A DNA stretch of 25,131 bases, from contig DVHA01000161.1 in NCBI GenBank assembly GCA_018712425.1, forward strand, positions 1 to 25,131, in the 5' to 3' direction. The notes under the pieces were generated by a model. That model made no database searches. It was not told where the DNA came from and worked only from the letters and a program-made list of their open reading frames with translations. Source of the stretch: Candidatus Faecivivens stercoravium. Its GTDB lineage: Bacteria; Bacillota; Clostridia; Oscillospirales; Ruminococcaceae. Shown one piece after another: positions 6,827 through 13,977 of the stretch. Numbering within the stretch: the stretch's first letter is position 1; every line of letters starts with the position of its first letter. The translations under genes and the position numbers were made by a program.

Positions 6827-7462
6827 ATGAAACAGAAAGCAGTTATCTTCGACCTCGACGGTGTCATCTGCTTCACCGACAAATACCACTACCAGGCCTG
6901 GAAGGCGCTGGCGGACGAGCTGGGCATCTACTTCGACGAAACGATCAACAACCGCCTCCGCGGCGTCTCGAGGATGGCCTCCTTCGAGATCATCCTCGAG
7001 CGCTACAACGGCGAACCGATGACCCAGGAACAGAAGGAAGCCTGCTGCGAAAAGAAGAACACCCTCTACCGCGAACTGCTCAAAAACATGTCCCCCGCCG
7101 ACCTGTCGGACGAAGTCAAATCGACGCTCGACGAGCTGCGGGCGAGAGGGATTAAGCTGGCGATCGGCTCCTCCTCCAAGAACACCCCCTTCATCCTCGG
7201 GCAGCTGGGGCTGGGCGACTACTTTGACGCGGTCTCCGACGGCAACAACATCACCCACTCCAAACCCCATCCGGAAGTCTTCCTGAAGGCTGCCGAGTTC
7301 CTCGGGATCGATCCCAAAGACTGCCTGGTCGTCGAAGACGCCGAGGCGGGCCTCGACGCGGCAATTGCCGGCGGGATGGAATGCGCGGCGATTGGCGACG
7401 CGGTCAAGTGCGGCAAGGGGACTTACAACCTCTCGACCTTCTCTGACCTGCTGAAAATCTAA
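6827..7462 (+). CDS. pgmB: Beta-phosphoglucomutase (HAD superfamily)
   Basis: IFDLDGVI, HYQAWKALA, NRLRGVSRMAS, SSSKN, SKPHPEVF and VEDAEAG motifs typical of beta-PGM. AAGGA RBS before ATG 6827. Confidence 0.9.
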   Translation: MKQKAVIFDLDGVICFTDKYHYQAWKALADELGIYFDETINNRLRGVSRMASFEIILERYNGEPMTQEQKEACCEKKNTLYRELLKNMSPADLSDEVKSTLDELRARGIKLAIGSSSKNTPFILGQLGLGDYFDAVSDGNNITHSKPHPEVFLKAAEFLGIDPKDCLVVEDAEAGLDAAIAGGMECAAIGDAVKCGKGTYNLSTFSDLLKI

Positions 7463-7472
7463 ATCTTATAAT

Positions 7473-7508
7473 AAAACGCGCCCTTCCCCTGATGGGAGGG
7501 GCGTTTTT
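7473..7508 (+). terminator. Intrinsic terminator after pgmB
   Basis: aaaacgcgcccttccc-ctgat-gggaggggcgtttttt stem-loop with a T tail. Confidence 0.7.
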
Positions 7509-7558
7509 TGCCCGGGGGGCCTGTGCCCCCGAAAAAATCCCATTAAGGAGATGAACCG

Positions 7559-8494
7559 ATGTTTACAAAAAAACTCCTGCTCGATATGGACACCGGCGTC
7601 GACGACGCGCTGGCCATCGCCTACGCCGTCGGCTGCGGCGCGGAAATCGCGGGGATAACCTGCGGATTCGGGAACGTAGAGACCGCCGAAGCGGTGCGGA
7701 ATACCCTCGACCTCCTCTCCCTCCTCGGGCGGCCGGAGGTACCCGTCTTTGCGGGGGACGCGGGGCCGGACGGGCAGCCTTTCCGGGTGTCGGAAGCCTG
7801 CCGGAAAATCCACGGGGAGAACGGCATCGGGAACGTCTCCCTCCCCCACCATGGCAAGCCCTCCCTCCTCCCCGCCCACCGGTTTATCCTCGACGCCGCC
7901 CGGAAAGAGGGGGATGCCCTCGTCATCGTCTGCACCGGGACGCTTCACAACCTCGCCCGGGCCATCCTCGAAGACCGGGAGGCGGTGGCAAAAGCCCATT
8001 CGATCGTCTTTATGGGCGGGGCGCTGACCGTCGCGGGGAACGTCACCCCCTACGCCGAAGCGAATATCGCAAACGACCCGGAAGCGGCGAAGATTGTCCT
8101 CGAAAGCGGGCTGCCGATGACGATGGTGGGGTTGGACGTCACCCTCAAGCACCGGCTGACCCGGGAGACCGCCGGCCGCTGGGCGGACTGCGGCCATGTG
8201 GGGGGAATCTTCTCGGAAATCGCCGGATACTATATCGACAACGAGTCCGACCGGGGGAGCTGCGCCCTCCACGACCCGCTGGCGGTCGCGGCGGCGATTG
8301 AGCCGGGGCTGCTCGTTACCCATCCCTTTGCAATGACCGCCATCACCGATGGCGAAGCCGCCGGGCGGACGGTTGCCCGCTCTTACCCGGAGGAATGCCG
8401 GGTCAAAAACGTCCGGGCGGCGCTGGAAAGCGACCCCGGGTTTTCCGGCAGGCTGGACCAGGTGCTGCGGGGGCTGTTTAAAACCCTCGGCTGA
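7559..8494 (+). CDS. Nucleoside hydrolase (IU-NH / Rih family)
   Basis: N-terminal DMDTGVDD Ca-binding motif, GNV, HGENG, MGG, AEANIANDPEAA and the catalytic HDP. Confidence 0.92.
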   Translation: MFTKKLLLDMDTGVDDALAIAYAVGCGAEIAGITCGFGNVETAEAVRNTLDLLSLLGRPEVPVFAGDAGPDGQPFRVSEACRKIHGENGIGNVSLPHHGKPSLLPAHRFILDAARKEGDALVIVCTGTLHNLARAILEDREAVAKAHSIVFMGGALTVAGNVTPYAEANIANDPEAAKIVLESGLPMTMVGLDVTLKHRLTRETAGRWADCGHVGGIFSEIAGYYIDNESDRGSCALHDPLAVAAAIEPGLLVTHPFAMTAITDGEAAGRTVARSYPEECRVKNVRAALESDPGFSGRLDQVLRGLFKTLG

Positions 8495-8510
8495 CAGGAA
8501 AGTGAGGAAG

Positions 8511-10199
8511 ATGAAGATGGACAAGAAACCCCAGTCCTACCGCCCGACCCACAACGTCGTGGTCATCGGACACCGTAACCCCGATACCGACTCGATCTGC
8601 TCGGCAATCGCCTATTCCTATCTGAAAAACCATTCCTCCGACCTTGACACCGAAGCCCGCCGGGCGGGGGAGTTAAACCAGGAAACTGCCTTTGTCCTCA
8701 AATACTTCGGGGTGCCGGTGCCGCGGCTCTGCACCGACGTAAGCCCCCAGGTGCAGGATCTGGAATTCCGGCAGATCCCCGGCATCTCCGAGACGACCAG
8801 CGTCCATAAGACCTGGGAGCTGATGCGGAAGGACAACATTGACACCCTCCCGGTCGTCTCGAAAAACGGCCAGCTGATGAGCATCGTCACCCTGACCGAC
8901 GTCTCCGACGCCTGCATGGACGTCCTTGACACCCGTATCCTCGCCGACAGCCGCACCCCCTACCGCAACATCCTCGAGGTGCTGGACGGGGAGATGCTGG
9001 TGGGCGACCCGGACGGCTGCGTCGAAAAGGGGAAGCTCGGCCTCGCCGCCGGCAACCCTGAGGCGATGGAGAGCTTTCTGGAGCCGGGGGATATGGTCAT
9101 CCTCTCCAGCCGGTACGAGTTCCAATTCTGCGCGCTGGAAATGGGGGCGGGCTGCCTGATCGTCTGCTCGGACGCCGAGATGAAGGTCCCAAAAACCATT
9201 ATGAAGCTGGCGGAGGAGCGGGGCTGCACCGTCATCGTCACCCCGAAGGACTTTTACACCACCGCCCGCCTGCTGTCGCTGGCCTCCCCCGTCTCCCACT
9301 ACATGCGGCTCAAAGACAACATCATCACCTTTACCCTCAACACCCTTCTGGACGACGCCCAGAAGGTGATGGCGAGGGTCCGGTACCACTACTTCCCGGT
9401 CATCACAAGAGGCGGGAAGTACGTCGGGCTGCTCTCCCGCCGGAACCTCTTAAACCTCAAGCGGCGGCAGGTGATCCTCGTCGACCATAACGAAAAGACC
9501 CAGGCTGTCGAAGGGTATGAAAACGCCGAAATCCTTGAGATCATCGACCACCACCGGATCGGGTCGATGGAGACCCCGGCGCCGGTCTACTTCCGCAACG
9601 TCCCGGTCGGCTGCACCGCGACAATCGTCACCCAGATGTTCCACGAGAACATGGTCGAAATCCCCCGGGAGATCGCCGGGCTGCTTTTAAGCGCCATCCT
9701 CTCGGACACGCTGATGTTCCGCTCCCCCACCTCGACGCCGGTGGACGAGAAGGCGGCCGGGGAACTGGCAAAAATCGCCGGGGTGGAAATCGAGGAATAT
9801 GCCTCTAAAATGTTCGAAGCCGGCGGCAACGTCAAGGGGAAGACCCCCCAGGAAATCTTCCTCCAGGACTTCAAGGTCTTTAAGGCGGGGGACACCCGCT
9901 ATGGCATCGGCCAGGGGAGCTATATGAGCATGCGGAACCTGGATGCCGCCAAGGAGCTCCTCCTCCCCTACCTCCCCGAGGCGGCCCGCAGCCAGGGGCT
10001 GTCGGACGTCTTTTATATGCTGACCAGCGTCCGGGACGAGACCACCTACATGATCTATGACGGCGAGCACGCCGAAGCGGTCCTCCGCACCGCCTTCCCC
10101 GGCTGCAAGCTGGAAGGGGACGCCGCCGTCCTCCCCGGTGTCGTCAGCCGGAAAAAGCAGGTTTTGCCGGCGATTTCGGGGGCATTTTCGCAGATTTGA
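8511..10199 (+). CDS. ppaC: Family II Mn-dependent inorganic pyrophosphatase with a CBS-DRTGG-CBS insert
   Basis: GHRNPDTDSICS, VDHNE, IDHHR, AILSDTLMFRSPT and C-terminal PGVVSRKKQ, with a long CBS/DRTGG insertion between the DHH parts. Start is 8511 or 8517, not 8349. Confidence 0.92.
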   Translation: MKMDKKPQSYRPTHNVVVIGHRNPDTDSICSAIAYSYLKNHSSDLDTEARRAGELNQETAFVLKYFGVPVPRLCTDVSPQVQDLEFRQIPGISETTSVHKTWELMRKDNIDTLPVVSKNGQLMSIVTLTDVSDACMDVLDTRILADSRTPYRNILEVLDGEMLVGDPDGCVEKGKLGLAAGNPEAMESFLEPGDMVILSSRYEFQFCALEMGAGCLIVCSDAEMKVPKTIMKLAEERGCTVIVTPKDFYTTARLLSLASPVSHYMRLKDNIITFTLNTLLDDAQKVMARVRYHYFPVITRGGKYVGLLSRRNLLNLKRRQVILVDHNEKTQAVEGYENAEILEIIDHHRIGSMETPAPVYFRNVPVGCTATIVTQMFHENMVEIPREIAGLLLSAILSDTLMFRSPTSTPVDEKAAGELAKIAGVEIEEYASKMFEAGGNVKGKTPQEIFLQDFKVFKAGDTRYGIGQGSYMSMRNLDAAKELLLPYLPEAARSQGLSDVFYMLTSVRDETTYMIYDGEHAEAVLRTAFPGCKLEGDAAVLPGVVSRKKQVLPAISGAFSQI

Positions 10200-10214
10200 T
10201 TCCATTATACGCAA

Positions 10215-10256
10215 AAAGTTCCCCCTGCCTGGTTCCGACCAGACAGGGGGAGCTTT
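10215..10256. terminator. Bidirectional terminator between ppaC and the sensor kinase
   Basis: aaagttccccctg ... cagggggagcttt inverted repeat between convergent genes. Confidence 0.7.
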
Positions 10257-10260
10257 CGTT

Positions 10261-12564
10261 TTATTTCTTCTTTCCGGTGCCGAACAGCCGCTTGACCTTC
10301 CCGGCGGCCTCGCCGATCCGGACGAGCGGGTCCTTGCCGGGTTCGCGGGGCTGGGGTGCGGGCCGCACCGGCGTCCGCCAGGGCGCGTCGGTGTTCCCGC
10401 TGTAAACGGGGGCCTGGGGCTGCTGGAAGGGGTTCCCGTCCGGCTGGGGGGACGGGATGGACGGCTGGACCGTCAGGGTGGGGACGGGGATCTCGCCGGT
10501 ACCGCCGGACAGGCCGGGGGTATAGCCGATATCGGGTTCCGCCGCCGGTTCGAAAACCGGCTCAGCCCCCGGGGCGGCCTGCAAAAGCGGCATCCGCACC
10601 GTCGCCTTAAAGAGGTCGCCGTCAATCGAGAGTTCGAGCCGCCCGTGCTGCAATTCCATCAGGCTCTTGGCAATCGAAAGCCCAAGCCCCGACCCTTCGG
10701 TCGAACGGGAGGCGTCCCCGCGGACAAACCGCTCCATCAGCTCGTCGGGGGAGACTTTCAGCCGGTCGCGGGAGATGTTCCGGAGGGTCAGCATTGCCTC
10801 CCCCTCCCTCTTTTCCAGGTCGACATAGACCCGGGTGCCGGAAAGGGCGTACTTTGTGATGTTGCCGAGAAGGTTATCCAGCACCCGCCAGATTCTTCTC
10901 GAATCGGCCAGCACCATGACCGGCTCTTCCGGCGCGGAGGTGACCAGTTCAAGCCCCTTCTGCTCCATCCGCTCCTGGTATTCCCCGGCGGCCTGTTCCA
11001 GCAGCACCCCCAGTTCGCAGGGCTGGAGGTCGACCGAGAGGTTGCCGGTGGAGGCCTTGGACGCTTCGACCAGGTCCTCAATCAGCTTGCGGAGGCGGGA
11101 GGACTGCCGCTGGAGCGCCTCGATATAGCTCTTCATCCGCTCATTTTCCGGCTTTTCCTTGCTTAAGAGGTCGACGTAGTTGACGATCGAGGTGAGGGGG
11201 GTCTTGATGTCGTGGGAGACGTTGGTGATAAGCTCGGTCTTCATCCGCTCCGAGCGCATCTTCTGGTCGAGGGCGTGGCTCAAGCCGTCCCGGATGGCAT
11301 TCAGGTCCTCGGCGTGGCCCTTAAAGGGGCCCAGCATCCCGGCGGTGTCCACCTGGTAGTCAAGCTCGCCCTTCGCCATCCGCCCGGCGGCGTCCTGAAG
11401 GCGGCGCATCTGGGCGACGACGACGATTGCCGCCAACACCACCGCGATGTTGTAGACGAGCCAAAAGACAAAGGATAAAAAGGAACCGTTTCCATACACA
11501 AGGATCGTGAAAAAGAACTCGCCGAACAGGATGCCCACCGTAATGGCAAGCCCCTGCCAGGTCAGCGGCAGCGAACCGACCATCCGGCCGGCGCTGCGGA
11601 AGGTACCGGAGAAAAACCGGCTGATAAACCGCCCGCACCAGGCGCAGAACTTCCAGATGAGGGAATTCCGCCACCATTTGCGGGTCTTAAAGCGCACTGC
11701 GCAGCTGCAAAGGATCATTTCACTCACCAGTACCAATCCGAGGATCGAGAGCAGTTCAAGGAACATACAGAAAAGGACGTCTCCGGTCGCGTACCCGCTG
11801 ACCAGGCCCGCCATCTCCAACGCCATCCCCAGGAGAAGCAGCCAGACAAACCCGAAGAGCAGGATATAGAGGTCGAAGGGGATCCGCTCCTGCCAGCCGG
11901 GGAAGACCTCCTCGCTGCCCGGCTTCCGGCCGCAGCCGGCAAACAGCGCCGCGTGGACAAAAACGGTCAGGATGACCCCGGCAATCGAGATGAAAATCAG
12001 CGGGAACCGGAGCCGGTAGAGGAAATAATAGAGTTCCCCGGCAAAATAGAGGACGTCGCGGGCCTCCATCGGCGAAGCGACCCCCAGTTCCATCACGGCC
12101 GAATGGGAGGTGTACATCCGCATGTCAAACCCCGACCAGTCGGCTTCCCAGGGGAAGTCGTAGATGGTGGACGCGACCCGCACGCCGGTTTCGTTGTCGG
12201 TGAGGTAGTAGTAATACCGCGGTTCCATCCCCGCCGGGGTTTCTTCCTCGGGGTCGTAATTGGTATAGACGTTCCCTTCCTCGTCGGTGATCCGGACCCG
12301 GAGGTTGGTGTACTGGGGGTTATAGGTCTGCCGGAGTTTCATCTCCCCGCCGGCGATATAGATATCCCCCACCGTATAGTCGGAGGCGCTGACGATCATC
12401 TGGGCCATCTCCGACTCGCCGAAGTTGGGGTTCCCGGCCACATAAAAGGACTGGGTCGAGCAGAAGGCAAAGCCGATGATGCCGAGGATGGTGATGATCG
12501 TCAAGACCACCGACAGGAAAAAGCAGGACGCCTTGACAAAGGGCCTGCGGATAAACGCCGTCAT
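10261..12564 (-). CDS. Membrane-bound sensor histidine kinase with a Pro-rich C-terminal extension
   Basis: Several TM segments, H-box ELITNVSHDIKTPLTSI, N-box LDNLLGNITKY and G-boxes RGDASRSTEGSGLGLSIAK. Confidence 0.93.
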   Translation of the reverse strand: MTAFIRRPFVKASCFFLSVVLTIITILGIIGFAFCSTQSFYVAGNPNFGESEMAQMIVSASDYTVGDIYIAGGEMKLRQTYNPQYTNLRVRITDEEGNVYTNYDPEEETPAGMEPRYYYYLTDNETGVRVASTIYDFPWEADWSGFDMRMYTSHSAVMELGVASPMEARDVLYFAGELYYFLYRLRFPLIFISIAGVILTVFVHAALFAGCGRKPGSEEVFPGWQERIPFDLYILLFGFVWLLLLGMALEMAGLVSGYATGDVLFCMFLELLSILGLVLVSEMILCSCAVRFKTRKWWRNSLIWKFCAWCGRFISRFFSGTFRSAGRMVGSLPLTWQGLAITVGILFGEFFFTILVYGNGSFLSFVFWLVYNIAVVLAAIVVVAQMRRLQDAAGRMAKGELDYQVDTAGMLGPFKGHAEDLNAIRDGLSHALDQKMRSERMKTELITNVSHDIKTPLTSIVNYVDLLSKEKPENERMKSYIEALQRQSSRLRKLIEDLVEASKASTGNLSVDLQPCELGVLLEQAAGEYQERMEQKGLELVTSAPEEPVMVLADSRRIWRVLDNLLGNITKYALSGTRVYVDLEKREGEAMLTLRNISRDRLKVSPDELMERFVRGDASRSTEGSGLGLSIAKSLMELQHGRLELSIDGDLFKATVRMPLLQAAPGAEPVFEPAAEPDIGYTPGLSGGTGEIPVPTLTVQPSIPSPQPDGNPFQQPQAPVYSGNTDAPWRTPVRPAPQPREPGKDPLVRIGEAAGKVKRLFGTGKKK

Positions 12565-12578
12565 AAAAAAGACCCTCC

Positions 12579-13274
12579 TTACGAGTCGACGAGCTTATAC
12601 CCCTGGGCCCAGACGACCTTGAGGTAGCGGGGCTCGGCAGGGTTGATTTCCAGTTTCTCCCGCAGGTGCCGGATGTGGACGGCGACGGTCGAGTCGGCCC
12701 CGTAGGGTTCGTCCTTCCAGACCTGGCGGTAGATCTCCTTGGGAGAGAGGACCTCCCCCGGGCGTTCCATAAACAGCTTCATAATCTTGTACTCGGTGGG
12801 GGTCAGGGCGACCGGTTCCCCGTCCTGGGTCAGCGTCTTGGTCCTATCGTCCAGCTCAAAGGGGCCGACCCGCATTGTCCCCGCCGCTTCGGCCGTCCGG
12901 CTGCCGCCCAGCTTCATATACCGCCGCAGCTGGGAGCGCACTCTGGCCAGCAGCTCGACCGGGTTGAAGGGTTTCGTGACATAGTCGTCGGCCCCGATGT
13001 TGAGGCCCATGATCTTGTCGCTGTCCTCGCTCTTGGCGGTGAGGAGGATGACCGGGACGTTATACTCCTCCCGCAGGACCGACAGGGCGGAAATCCCGTC
13101 CATCTCCGGCATCATCACGTCCATCAGCACCAGATGGACCGTCTCCCGGCGGAGGATTTCCAGCGCCTCCTTGCCGGTATAGGCTTCAAAGGTATTGTAC
13201 TGTTCGGCTGCCAGGTAGATTTTTAAAGCGGCGACAATGTCTTTTTCGTCGTCAACGATGAGGATATTGTACAT
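12579..13274 (-). CDS. OmpR/PhoB-family response regulator
   Basis: ILIVDDE, LMDVMMPEMDG, LLTAK, GADDYVTKPF and the winged helix TVAVHIRHLREKLE. Confidence 0.95.
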   Translation of the reverse strand: MYNILIVDDEKDIVAALKIYLAAEQYNTFEAYTGKEALEILRRETVHLVLMDVMMPEMDGISALSVLREEYNVPVILLTAKSEDSDKIMGLNIGADDYVTKPFNPVELLARVRSQLRRYMKLGGSRTAEAAGTMRVGPFELDDRTKTLTQDGEPVALTPTEYKIMKLFMERPGEVLSPKEIYRQVWKDEPYGADSTVAVHIRHLREKLEINPAEPRYLKVVWAQGYKLVDS

Positions 13275-13369
13275 CGGTGGACACTCCTTTTGTCTATCTT
13301 CATTTTAGCCCTTTTCCCTTTAAAAATAAAGGCGGGAAAGTTTTAAGATTTTCTTATGCCGGGCAGGAT

Positions 13370-13807
13370 TTACCTCAAATCCTTCTCCATCGGGAAATGG
13401 GGGATGCCGATTTCGGTAAAGCCTTCGCCGGTGATCCGGTACCCCAGCTTCAGGTAAAACCCGGCGGCAGACTGGCGGGCGTGGAGGGTAATTTTGCAGC
13501 CGCCGTTCTCTTTTAACAGGGCTTCGGAGGCTTCCACTAGCTTCCGGCCGTATCCCCTCCCCTGCATCTCCGGGGTGACGCAGACCTGGCGCATCTGGTA
13601 GACCCCGTCCCCCAGCGGGTGGAGGAGCAGGAGGGCAATCAGATGCCCGTCTAAAAAGCCGCCAAGGTGGATGTCCTCCCGGTCGCGGGAGAGGTCCTCG
13701 TCTTTCAGGTCCAGGCCCAGCGGATGGCGGAGTACCCGGTTGCGGAGGTCATATTCTTCTTTATAAGCGGGGTCTTCGGGACGGAAGGTTTTAAACTGGA
13801 TATCCAT
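13370..13807 (-). CDS. GNAT family N-acetyltransferase (YjcF/ElaA-like)
   Basis: LRNRVL, MRQVCVTPEMQGRGYGRKL (acetyl-CoA motif A), LHARQSAAGFYLKLGY and FTEIGIPHFPM. Confidence 0.9.
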   Translation of the reverse strand: MDIQFKTFRPEDPAYKEEYDLRNRVLRHPLGLDLKDEDLSRDREDIHLGGFLDGHLIALLLLHPLGDGVYQMRQVCVTPEMQGRGYGRKLVEASEALLKENGGCKITLHARQSAAGFYLKLGYRITGEGFTEIGIPHFPMEKDLR

Positions 13808-13846
13808 GGTGCAGTCTCCTTTGTGATTGATGTTCTTCTCTTAGTT

Positions 13847-13875
13847 ATTGTACCTTAAATTTAGCCGGCTGTAAA
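13847..13875 (-). promoter_or_regulatory. SigA promoter of the GNAT gene
   Basis: Minus strand reads TTTACA-17-TACAAT. Confidence 0.55.
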
Positions 13876-13921
13876 GCGGAGGCGGCTTCTACGGAAATCA
13901 GTTTTTTATGTAAAAACAAAT

Positions 13922-13967
13922 AAACCGGCCCCTGCCGCCTGAAAACGAGACGGCAAAGGCCGGTTTT
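13922..13967 (-). terminator. Terminator after the ABC permease
   Basis: aaaccggcc...tgccg...cggca...ggccggtttt inverted repeat just downstream of the stop codon. Confidence 0.6.
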
Positions 13968-13977
13968 ACATTGGACA

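Noticed and set aside
7463-7558. Purine riboswitch or attenuator ahead of the nucleoside hydrolase
   Set aside because: No aptamer consensus is visible. The hairpin is explained as the pgmB terminator, and the TATAAT before it has no convincing -35.
7466-8524. 352-aa antisense ORF opposite the nucleoside hydrolase, and similar long overlapping ORFs (10057-11166, 19044-19793, 22578-23381, 24010-25113)
   Set aside because: They lie almost entirely over well-supported genes in GC-rich DNA, where stop codons are rare in alternative frames.
10261-13274. vanR/vanS-type resistance regulators
   Set aside because: Only generic OmpR and HisKA motifs, and no van ligase, dehydrogenase or dipeptidase genes nearby.
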